DNA from: a virus
Lineage: Duplodnaviria; Caudoviricetes
Virus record (IMG/VR): IMGVR_UViG_3300033405_000018
Span: 1 to 59,278 of that record
Direction: 5' to 3' (one strand)
Length of the DNA stretch: 59,278 nucleotides
Shown: piece by piece, positions 1 through 7,592 of the stretch
How positions within the stretch are numbered: the first letter of the stretch is position 1
Layout: each line of letters starts with the position of its first letter
Program-made: the position numbers and the translations under genes
The notes under the pieces: generated by a model
What the model was told of the DNA's origin: nothing
The model's database searches: none
What the model saw: only the letters and a program-made list of their open reading frames with translations

Positions 1-270
1 GGCCGTCGCCTTCTGGTAGGCTTCCCATGCCGGGGCCTTCGCCTTCTGGTAGGCTTCCTCAGCCGTGGCCTTCGCCTTCTGGTAGGCTTCCTCAGCCGTG
101 GCCGTCGCCTTCTGGTAGGCTTCCCATGCCGTGGCCATCGCCTTCTGGTAGGCTTCCTCAGCCGGGGCCGTCGCCTTCTGGTAGGCTTCCCATGCCGGGG
201 CCTTCGCCTTCTGGTAGGCTTCCTCAGCCGTGGCCTTCGCCTTCTGGTAGGCTTCCTCAGCCGTGGCCTT
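1..270. repeat. 33-bp coding tandem repeat (left part)
   Basis: Unit of the form gcc(g/t/a)tcgccttctggtaggcttcc(cat/tca)gccg(g/t)g, about 8 copies. Confidence 0.95.
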
Positions 271-441
271 CCATTGGTAGCCGCAAGCATTGAGCAGCCA
301 TTCAAGCCAATCGCCGCGCTCGCAGGTGTCCCAAGTTTCGCGCAGAGTTTTGTTGTGCTGCCACCGTAGATACTCACGGCACGCACCTTCGTCGTTGAGC
401 CATTTTGCGAAAGCGGCTGCTTCCATCGGAGGATATTTCAC
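1..441 (-). CDS. 5' part of an 11-aa-repeat protein spanning the sequence junction (continues 59240..58860)
   Basis: GTG at 441-439 overlaps the stop of the HTH gene. It reads MKYPPMEAAAFAKWLNDEGACREYLRWQHNKTLRETWDTCERGDWLEWLLNACGYQWK, then repeats of A(T/P)A(W/E)EAYQKA(K/T/M). With the 38-nt end overlap the frame joins the 58860..59147 ORF (~273 aa). Confidence 0.8.
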   Translation of the reverse strand, partial: MKYPPMEAAAFAKWLNDEGACREYLRWQHNKTLRETWDTCERGDWLEWLLNACGYQWKATAEEAYQKAKATAEEAYQKAKAPAWEAYQKATAPAEEAYQKAMATAWEAYQKATATAEEAYQKAKATAEEAYQKAKAPAWEAYQKATA

Positions 442-659
442 TACCTCACCTTTCCTTTCGGTGCCCTGACGTAAGCATCGGGCAGTTGAATGAATCCCAC
501 TCGATAGGCAAGATCAAACGTCAGCGCCTTCTTGCCCATCAGGACTTGAGAAATGTACTGCGGGGTGTATCCGAGTCCTGCTGCCACTTGTCTCTGGCTG
601 GACTTTGCAATCATCCCGCGAAGGGCCAGCATCACATCGCCTTTTGCGTATTTCCTCAT
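441..659 (-). CDS. Cro/XRE-like helix-turn-helix protein
   Basis: 72 aa, basic; SQRQVAAGLGYTPQYISQVLMGKK is a typical HTH. Confidence 0.75.
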   Translation of the reverse strand: MRKYAKGDVMLALRGMIAKSSQRQVAAGLGYTPQYISQVLMGKKALTFDLAYRVGFIQLPDAYVRAPKGKVR

Positions 660-666
660 GACCGAA

Positions 667-696
667 ACTGTAACCGAACGGTTGTGAGCGTGTCAA
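667..696 (-). promoter_or_regulatory. Sigma70-type promoter with overlapping inverted repeat
   Basis: Minus strand TTGACA-N18-TACAGT, 7 nt before the ATG at 659; inverted repeat AACCG-AA-CGGTT at 672-683. Confidence 0.6.
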
Positions 697-705
697 GCGG
701 AAAGT

Positions 706-1476
706 TTACTCGCCCCGTTCAATCTCTTGCTCGGCCAGTTGGCAGAAGAACGAGCACGAGAAGTTCGGTTCATGCTGCATATCGCCACGTCCTGCTGGAA
801 GTTCGGCAAGCATCATGCGCTCGCCGATCCGTGGCCCAGATCGGAACCGAAGGAAGTTTGCGCCGGGGCCGATGCCCTCTTGGATGCCTTGGATTGTCAC
901 GAAGCGTTCGGGGAAGTCCTCGCGGATGTTCTGCCAGTATGCTTGTCCACCTTTGACGCATCCGATGCAGTTCGCATTATTGTAGCCGAGCCGGTACATC
1001 ATCGGCAGTTCAATTCCGGCCCGCTCGATCATGGCGAGGCAGTCGTCTTTGCCAAGGTCACGTTCGATCAAAGGGGCGCGAAAGTTCTCATCGGGAAAGT
1101 TCTCGCAAAGCGTATCCATGCGGTCCCACTCTTCACGAGTGAATCCGATCACGTTCATATCGCCGGGTTGCGCGACAGTTGCAAGCAGTGACCGCTTGAG
1201 AGCCAATGAGCATGGCGCACCACGTAGACCCTTCATGAACTGCTTGCGCCGCCAAACCTCATCGGTGGACGCGCCGTACTTTTCATTCCGCAGGACCATA
1301 ATCGAGTGCCCAAACCACTTTTCGCAGTCGGCAAGAAAGCGGCGATTGTCCTCGTGCTCTTCTTTGATGAAGGCATTGACGATGAGAACGTCTTCGGGGG
1401 CATAAGCTGCGAGGATTAGTTTTGTAGCGACTGCCGATGCTGCCCCACATGAGAACTGACAAACCATTCTGCTCAT
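706..1476 (-). CDS. PAPS-reductase-like (PP-loop/adenine nucleotide alpha-hydrolase) phage protein
   Basis: N-terminal FSCGAASAVA PP-loop-like motif, EHEDN, GAPC, YRLGYNNANCIGCVKGG Cys cluster. Confidence 0.65.
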   Translation of the reverse strand: MSRMVCQFSCGAASAVATKLILAAYAPEDVLIVNAFIKEEHEDNRRFLADCEKWFGHSIMVLRNEKYGASTDEVWRRKQFMKGLRGAPCSLALKRSLLATVAQPGDMNVIGFTREEWDRMDTLCENFPDENFRAPLIERDLGKDDCLAMIERAGIELPMMYRLGYNNANCIGCVKGGQAYWQNIREDFPERFVTIQGIQEGIGPGANFLRFRSGPRIGERMMLAELPAGRGDMQHEPNFSCSFFCQLAEQEIERGE

Positions 1477-2198
1477 TCGAAGAACTCCCCTTGTCCATCA
1501 GGCCCCAGACCGGCTACCTTGGGAGTAAGCCACACAATGCCTTTCCCTGTCACGTAGACCTGCGCATAGATACTGCGCTCATCTCCCCGCATGTATGGCC
1601 TCTCTTTAACTACGAAGTACCGCGGGATGTACTGCTGGAGAGGCATACTGTGAATGTCGAAGATGTGATGCTGGCGAAGGAACTGAAACAGACGAGTCCT
1701 GCCGGTGCCGAGAATCTTCGCTGTTTCAGCCATCGTGTGCAGCCCTTCGGCATCGTTGATTCGGTCTACGATCAAAGCCTTGGGCCGCAGGACCCCATTC
1801 TCCGCTTCGAGCTGCTGCTTTGCCTCCACGGTCGCCACAAGCTCTTTGAGCGCGTCCAGGTAGGTGGAGGGAAGCGCCGGCTTCTGGAGCTCCGCTTCGA
1901 GTTGCTGCCAGCGGTCCACCACGCGCGCAGTGAATTCAGGACTCAACTGAGCAACTACGATGAGGCTGCTCCGCTTGTCGAGTCGGTACTCGTGGGCTGG
2001 TCGGTTGAGCGAGTCGAGGTATTCCCCCATTGGGGGAAGATCGATAATCGGAAGTCGTTTGATGGTGATGCCGTCCGGCTGGTACTGTGTGGCTGCCAGC
2101 CGCTCGATTGATTGCTTTACTTTGTCGTGACGCGACTCAAGCAGTTCTGCAATCTCCCTACTACTCATCGTCCTGATGTTCAATGCAAGATCGTTCAT
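1473..2198 (-). CDS. Rha-family N-domain plus KilAC/ANT antirepressor
   Basis: TMSSREIAELLESRHDKVKQSIERL (Rha-like); PKALIVDRI...AKILGTGRTRLFQFLR...VTGKGIVWL (ANT). ATG at 2198 is coupled to the upstream stop. Confidence 0.85.
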   Translation of the reverse strand: MNDLALNIRTMSSREIAELLESRHDKVKQSIERLAATQYQPDGITIKRLPIIDLPPMGEYLDSLNRPAHEYRLDKRSSLIVVAQLSPEFTARVVDRWQQLEAELQKPALPSTYLDALKELVATVEAKQQLEAENGVLRPKALIVDRINDAEGLHTMAETAKILGTGRTRLFQFLRQHHIFDIHSMPLQQYIPRYFVVKERPYMRGDERSIYAQVYVTGKGIVWLTPKVAGLGPDGQGEFFE

Positions 2199-2665
2199 TG
2201 CTCCTCCGGTTGAATCCTGAAGACCACGCCCTTGTCTTTGAGAACCTGCTTCGACAGGACATCGCAAATCTCGTTCTTGTCCCGTGGCACCCAATCAAAC
2301 TTGATGCGGCTTTCATTGCCTTTGAGAAGTTGAACAGCCTCGTCATAGAAAGGCTTATAGAGGCCGCCTTTCATCTTCCATTTGCCCGCATATCCAAGCC
2401 GGCGCGCAGCATCGGCCGACAGATGGCAAATCACCAGACGCGAATCGCCGCGAATATGGATCTTGCCGGGATACTTCAAGGCCTCCCGCAAAGCCGCGCA
2501 AAATCCAGAGTATTCGGCCACATTGTTGCTCATCTTTGGGCCTACTCCGCAATAGCCGTTTCCCTCGTAGACACTTACTCCATCAACGAAAACAGCCGCT
2601 CCCCATGCTGCATGACCACCATGGTTCCTCGGTTCGCAGCAGCCGTCAAACCACGCTTCTATCAT
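2195..2665 (-). CDS. rnhA: Ribonuclease HI
   Basis: Catalytic motifs WFDG, SNNVAEY, RGDSRLV, WVPRDKNEICDVLS. Confidence 0.88.
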   Translation of the reverse strand: MIEAWFDGCCEPRNHGGHAAWGAAVFVDGVSVYEGNGYCGVGPKMSNNVAEYSGFCAALREALKYPGKIHIRGDSRLVICHLSADAARRLGYAGKWKMKGGLYKPFYDEAVQLLKGNESRIKFDWVPRDKNEICDVLSKQVLKDKGVVFRIQPEEQ

Positions 2666-2949
2666 CTGACCGTTCCTTTCGGCGCAATCACTACAATCTG
2701 CGCTGGCATTGTGGATTGTTGAATGGCACCCACTTTGAGATGCGCAAGCGGCTGCCAAGTGTAAGGCTCAACTGCTTCGATTCGCGCCCAAGATATGAGT
2801 TTTTGTCCTGATTCCACGCGCTCTTCCCACTGAACCTTGACGCAAAGTGGCAAATAGTCACGGAGCGCCATCACTCTTCCGAGCCGGCGGTCTGTCTTAT
2901 GCCAAACTTGCTGGCCCAAAGTGAAAGGATTTTTATGCTTTACCCGCAT
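2662..2949 (-). CDS. Hypothetical protein
   Basis: ATG at 2949 after an AGGAG-like RBS; stop overlaps the rnhA start. Confidence 0.55.
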   Translation of the reverse strand: MRVKHKNPFTLGQQVWHKTDRRLGRVMALRDYLPLCVKVQWEERVESGQKLISWARIEAVEPYTWQPLAHLKVGAIQQSTMPAQIVVIAPKGTVR

Positions 2950-3486
2950 TGATAAGGTCTCCTGAGTGAACCATCGGCATCCCCCGGCACAAGGGCCTTG
3001 GCGCATTGTTTATCAGGTATAGACAATCATGGGGTCTTAAATCAGGACACATCAGCTTAGTTTCCTTGAATGTGCCATACGACCGGGACGTAGCCGTTTT
3101 ACAGGATCGAGTACCTGTCCGTTGCCCGGATTTCGCAGTGTGTCTGATTCATCGGTGCCTTTTTCCGTACCCCGCCATGCTCAAGCGACCCGTTATTCAT
3201 TTTGGAGAGAGTGTCGCGAACTCACCAGATTTCGATATTTTGAAATCTTGCCTATACCTAAGCGAATTCAGTGTGGCACATTTGAACGATTTGTGCAATA
3301 ATAATTTTGCGGGGTGGCCTGCCAACACCCTACGTGCCATGCCTAAGCAACCTGCCACGAACACCCCGCACCTTTCCTTGATAAACAGCGCAGTTGAACC
3401 ATCAGAGAGCCCCGAGCCAACCAGCCGGGGCTTTTCTGTTGGGCATCAGGACTCAAAACGCCTACAATGTCCACGAGGTGACCACC

Positions 3487-3993
3487 ATGGACTTCCCATT
3501 CTCCACCGGAGATTATCAAAGCTCAGACGTTGCAGACGGTTTCAGTCCTGTGAACGTTGATAAACTCTCTGAATCGCTGAACGCGCTGCTGGCCGACTGC
3601 TTTGCTTTGTACCTGAAAACAAAAAACTTCCACTGGCATATGACCGGCCCGCACTTCCGCGACTGGCACCTGATGCTAGACGAGCAGGCCGCGCAGATTT
3701 ACGGCATCACCGATGACATTGCGGAGCGCGTGCGGAAGATCGGCGGGAGCACGATCAAGTCCATCGGCCAGATTGCCCGGTTGCAGCAGATTCAGGACTC
3801 AGACGAGCCCGGCCCGGCACCAGAGATGATGCTCAAGGAGCTTCTGGCCGACAACAGGACCCTCATCACCCAACTGCGCAGCGCCCATACAGTCTGTGCC
3901 TTGGCAGACGACTACGCCTCAACTGCAATGATTGAGGTGTGGATCGACGAGGCGGAGCGGCGCGCGTGGTTTTTGTTTGAAGCAACGCGATAA
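3487..3993 (+). CDS. dps: Dps family DNA-protection/ferritin-like protein
   Basis: LYLKTKNFHWHMTGPHFRDWHLMLDEQ, DDIAERVRKIGG, EAERRAWFL; RBS GAGGTG before ATG 3487. Confidence 0.95.
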   Translation: MDFPFSTGDYQSSDVADGFSPVNVDKLSESLNALLADCFALYLKTKNFHWHMTGPHFRDWHLMLDEQAAQIYGITDDIAERVRKIGGSTIKSIGQIARLQQIQDSDEPGPAPEMMLKELLADNRTLITQLRSAHTVCALADDYASTAMIEVWIDEAERRAWFLFEATR

Positions 3994-3996
3994 CCG

Positions 3997-4005
3997 TGGT
4001 ACATT
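3997..4005 (+). promoter_or_regulatory. Extended -10 promoter for the tmRNA
   Basis: TG-G-TACATT directly upstream of the structured RNA. Confidence 0.5.
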
Positions 4006-4011
4006 TATCAA

Positions 4012-4309
4012 CATTGAGTTCACGTCCTCGTTTGACGTGATGGTGGAGGCGCTCCACAAAACACCGTGAAGCCCCAAAAGTAAGCCTGTCAACGCTGTAC
4101 GGATGTGATTTCGGACGTGGGTTCGACTCCCACCGGCTCCACCATGAGGGGCCGTCCAGGTTTCGACGGAATCAAGCAAGTGCAGTCTCAGGCCGGGATT
4201 GATGCTCACCGTAACGAGAATCAAAACCACAATGGCCGACTCTTTTGAGTTGCCAGTGGCGGCCTAAACAACCGTCCGAGTGGCTGGAACTTGGGAACAG
4301 AATCCAGTG
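4012..4309 (+). ncRNA. ssrA: Circularly permuted (two-piece) tmRNA; tag (A)ADSFELPVAA
   Basis: 3' half comes first: GGAC-GTGGG TTCGACT CCCAC-CGGCTCC-A-CCA (to 4144). Then TGA, then 5' end GGGGCCG (4148) giving a G3:U70 acceptor stem, GGTTTCGAC loop, P2 pairings, and tag ORF 4235-4267 ending VAA-TAA. Outer boundaries approximate. Confidence 0.92.
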
Positions 4310-4312
4310 CGC

Positions 4313-4343
4313 GGCGCCTCACTTCGGTGGGGCGTTCGTGTTT
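4313..4343 (+). terminator. Hairpin closing the tmRNA transcript
   Basis: GGCGCCTCAC-TTCG-GTGGGGCGTT (cUUCGg loop); weak U tail. Confidence 0.55.
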
Positions 4344-4535
4344 CAGGACTCAAGATGCTTTATAATCCCGTCATGGTGGTAAATCCAATGGCCGACAGGA
4401 CCCAAAAGACACTCCCCAAGCCCCGAGTCCAGCTCTTCGTACACCTCTTGGTGTGTGAGCATGGCTCGGCCTTGCGTTCGGAGCGCGTCCTGATCCTGCC
4501 GGCGAAGCGGGCGGCGTAGCCGCCGGAGGCAAACG

Positions 4536-4748
4536 ATGAACCTGATCGAAGGTATTCAGCAAAAATGCAAATTCATTCGCGAAGAGATCATCCCCGCCTA
4601 TGACGAGATCGGCGCGGCTGGAATGTTCGGGAAGATGGCATTACAAGCGGACATCAAGAAGGGCGAACAAGCCATTGCTGGCGGCGACACAATTGAGATG
4701 CTGCGCGTATACAAGGAACTCGAAAGCACCTGCGAAACAGCACTATAG
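4536..4748 (+). CDS. Hypothetical protein
   Basis: GGAGG RBS, 70 aa ORF. Confidence 0.65.
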   Translation: MNLIEGIQQKCKFIREEIIPAYDEIGAAGMFGKMALQADIKKGEQAIAGGDTIEMLRVYKELESTCETAL

Positions 4749-4764
4749 AAGGGTTAATAAACTC

Positions 4765-5196
4765 ATGGCAAACCTCGTAAAAGGCCCTCCACCTCGTACA
4801 AATCGCGCCCCTAAAACGCGTGCGAGGTTTCTTGACGCCTTGAAATCGACGGGGAACATCACTAAAGCCTGCAAATTGAGCAGACTCCCGCGGCGCACCG
4901 CTTATGACTGGCGTCGTGAGGATGAGCAGTTCAAACAGGACTGGGATGATGCGCTGGTGGAGGGTGAGGGGCTGCTTGAAGACGAAGCAAAGCGCCGGGC
5001 CTATGAGGGCGTAAAGAAGCCTGTCTACCAAGGCGGCGCGCGGGTTGGCTACGTACAGGAGTACAGCGACACACTTCTGATCTTCCTGCTCAAGGGCACG
5101 AACAAGGCGAAGTATGGTGATCGCACCACGCTGGCCGGCGACAAAGACAATCCCGTCCAAGTGAACGTCCTTGATGCCATAATCAAGGGAGAATGA
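4765..5196 (+). CDS. terS: Terminase small subunit
   Basis: FLDALKSTGNITKACK...RRTAYDWR HTH, LEDEAKRRAYEGV, YSDTLLIFLLKG; overlaps the terL start. Confidence 0.85.
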   Translation: MANLVKGPPPRTNRAPKTRARFLDALKSTGNITKACKLSRLPRRTAYDWRREDEQFKQDWDDALVEGEGLLEDEAKRRAYEGVKKPVYQGGARVGYVQEYSDTLLIFLLKGTNKAKYGDRTTLAGDKDNPVQVNVLDAIIKGE

Positions 5197-6923
5197 AGCC
5201 GCTCACTGTAGTACAGAAGGCCAAAATCCGTAGTACACTCGTGGACCCGATAAAGTTTGTACTACATTGGCTCGGGTCCGACTTGTGGAGCGTGCAAAAG
5301 GCCATCTGCAAGGCGCTGCTCAAGCCACAGGCGAAGGTCAACGTCAAGGCGTGCCACTCGTCCGGAAAGACGTTCCTCGCGGCGCAGATCACCCTCTGGT
5401 GGCTTGCGCGGTATGAGAACGCCATCGTGGTGACCACGGCGCCCACGAAAAAACAGGTTGAGGTCCTGATGTGGGGTGAAATCCACAAGGCCCTCGCCAA
5501 GAGCAAGTATCCCTTCCCTGAAGCAAACCTCACAAAGCTGGAGTTCGACAAGAAGAAGTACCCGATGCGGTACGCGCTGGGCTTCACGACGACCGTCCAA
5601 CAGCAGGACGAGGGCGTAAAGTTCCAGGGATTTCATGCCGGCCACGTGCTCATTATCATCGACGAAGCCCCTGGCGTTGATCCGAAGATCATCGAAGCGA
5701 TTGAGGGCATCCGGGCGGGCGGCGATGTCCGCATCCTGAAGCTCGGCAACCCTACCATTTCGTCTGGCGCCTTCTATGACGAGTTCCACAGCAAGCGAGC
5801 CAGCATCCAGCCGTTCACAATCAGCGCGTTCGACACGCCCAACTTTGAGGGAATCAAGCTTTCCTATGAGGCTCAGGACTCAGAAGGTGCTCCAATCACC
5901 GTAACGCTCGGTGATCCCAACGGCCGCGACCTGATGGACCTGACTGAAGAAGAGCTTGACCAGAACGTGATGCCTTGGCTGACCACCAGGCGCTGGGTGA
6001 AAGAGAGGTTTGAGGAGTGGGGACCGGGAGACTTCCGCTGGGATTCACGCGTGATGGGAGACTTCCCATCTCAGAGTCCTGATGCCCTGCTGTCTCTGGC
6101 ATGGCTGGAGCGTGCGCAGCGGGACACGCGAACGTTCGAGGGCAAGGTAGACATCGGCATCGACGTGGCCGGTCCTGGCGAAGATGAAACGGTCATGGTG
6201 GCCCGCTGTGGATTCCAGATTCTCGAAATCACCGGCTGGGGCAATCCAGATCCCCGCGGCGAACTGGTGAGCGCGTTGCGGAAGTATGGAGACAGAATCG
6301 GGACTCTCAACGTGGACTCGGCCGGTATCGGATACTACCTGCACAAGCACCTGCAAGACCTTGGCTTCCCCTCCAACCCGGTCAACGTGGGCGAGTCGCC
6401 GGCGGACAAAGAGCAGTTCGTGAATCTGAAGGCTGAGCTGTACTGGGGTTTGCGGATGCGGGCAAAGAGTGGAGACTTGGCAGGACTCGAAGACGAAACG
6501 GCCATCTCGCAGCTTGCCAGCATCCGGTGGAAGCCGAACAGCCGCGGGCAAACGGAGATTGAGTCCAAGGAAGCGATGCGAAAAAGGGGTGTCAAGAGTC
6601 CCGACCGGGCCGAGGCAATCATGCTGGCATTTGCCAAGGTGGCAAAGAACGGCGCTGGGCTGTTGGAATACTACCAAGATGCGCTGGCGGTGCAAACTGG
6701 TGGAGATCAGAACTCAAACCCCAAGACTCCCGGGTTTAGACCTGCCCCAACCACCCCCACACCCGTCAAGGCACCAGCCATGACCGCCTACAGCCGTGCT
6801 ATGGCCGCCCTTGCACCCCAAGACCTGTGTGACCATTGCGGCAAACCTCTCGGCGATACGGTGGTTGAAGAAGGCATACGGCGGATGCACCCGGACTGCG
6901 CGAAGCCCTCGTGGGCGTCCTGA
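5193..6923 (+). CDS. terL: Terminase large subunit
   Basis: Walker A ACHSSGKT, Walker B IIIDEA, LGNP, nuclease GIDVA and SPDRAEA. Confidence 0.93.
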   Translation: MKPLTVVQKAKIRSTLVDPIKFVLHWLGSDLWSVQKAICKALLKPQAKVNVKACHSSGKTFLAAQITLWWLARYENAIVVTTAPTKKQVEVLMWGEIHKALAKSKYPFPEANLTKLEFDKKKYPMRYALGFTTTVQQQDEGVKFQGFHAGHVLIIIDEAPGVDPKIIEAIEGIRAGGDVRILKLGNPTISSGAFYDEFHSKRASIQPFTISAFDTPNFEGIKLSYEAQDSEGAPITVTLGDPNGRDLMDLTEEELDQNVMPWLTTRRWVKERFEEWGPGDFRWDSRVMGDFPSQSPDALLSLAWLERAQRDTRTFEGKVDIGIDVAGPGEDETVMVARCGFQILEITGWGNPDPRGELVSALRKYGDRIGTLNVDSAGIGYYLHKHLQDLGFPSNPVNVGESPADKEQFVNLKAELYWGLRMRAKSGDLAGLEDETAISQLASIRWKPNSRGQTEIESKEAMRKRGVKSPDRAEAIMLAFAKVAKNGAGLLEYYQDALAVQTGGDQNSNPKTPGFRPAPTTPTPVKAPAMTAYSRAMAALAPQDLCDHCGKPLGDTVVEEGIRRMHPDCAKPSWAS

Positions 6924-6965
6924 TACTGCTTGCTACTATTGGTAGTTTGCGCTACCATTGGGAGC

Positions 6966-7217
6966 ATGAGCCAGATGACCGTCAAAGCGTGGAAGTGTGA
7001 CCGCGAGTCCTGTGGGCACGTGTGGTACACCGGGAGCGATGAACCTCCCAAGTCGTGCTCAAAATGCAAGAGCAAGAACTGGAACACGGAGACCATCGCA
7101 CCACTTCTCAAATCAGGAGCGGTGAAAGCAGCGAGTAGCGTTCTTCCACCATCGTCTCCCTATGCCCGTCCGGCCCATGCCCCGGGCTGCAAATGCCTGA
7201 TGTGCAAAGGAAAGTGA
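6966..7217 (+). CDS. Small Cys-rich (zinc-ribbon) protein
   Basis: CDRESCGH...CSKCKS; preceded by TTGCTA-N17-TACCAT at 6930-6958. Confidence 0.6.
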   Translation: MSQMTVKAWKCDRESCGHVWYTGSDEPPKSCSKCKSKNWNTETIAPLLKSGAVKAASSVLPPSSPYARPAHAPGCKCLMCKGK

Positions 7218-7223
7218 GGAGCG

Positions 7224-7574
7224 ATGAATCACCAGCACTTGCCACAAGGGACCGCAGATGATCCGTTTCGACTTGATAACCTTCATCAAGCCGTTCGCAC
7301 CGCCCAACAGTTCGACCGTAAAATCTGGTGCAGAATTGCGAGCGACGATAAGCACCTGTTTGAAGTCTTCCCCGGCGGACGCAATATCGCTTGGCCGAGG
7401 GAGATGATTGAGCGGTGCCGCAGACTTCAGGAGCCACTCGCAGAGGGGTATCGGTGCCGACACGATTGGGCTACTCATCAGGACTCTGATCCAACGGCAG
7501 CCGGATTGATTATTGAAGAATGGCGTCAATGCACGAAGTGTGGTCAGATTCGGGAACCCGCATTGATACACTAG
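7224..7574 (+). CDS. Hypothetical protein
   Basis: GAGGAG RBS; C-terminal CRHDW...CTKCG. Confidence 0.6.
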   Translation: MNHQHLPQGTADDPFRLDNLHQAVRTAQQFDRKIWCRIASDDKHLFEVFPGGRNIAWPREMIERCRRLQEPLAEGYRCRHDWATHQDSDPTAAGLIIEEWRQCTKCGQIREPALIH

Positions 7575-7592
7575 ACCACGGGAGCACACACC

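Noticed and set aside
1-270. 33-bp repeats as a CRISPR array
   Set aside because: Units are contiguous with no unique spacers, keep an open frame, and no cas genes are present.
27-293. Plus-strand PSPSGRLP repeat ORF
   Set aside because: Antisense shadow of the minus-strand repeat gene, which has a coupled start and a unique N-terminal domain.
4110-4147. tRNA-Ala gene or attP fragment of a host tmRNA
   Set aside because: No anticodon arm; both tmRNA halves and a tag ORF are present and pair with each other; no integrase nearby.
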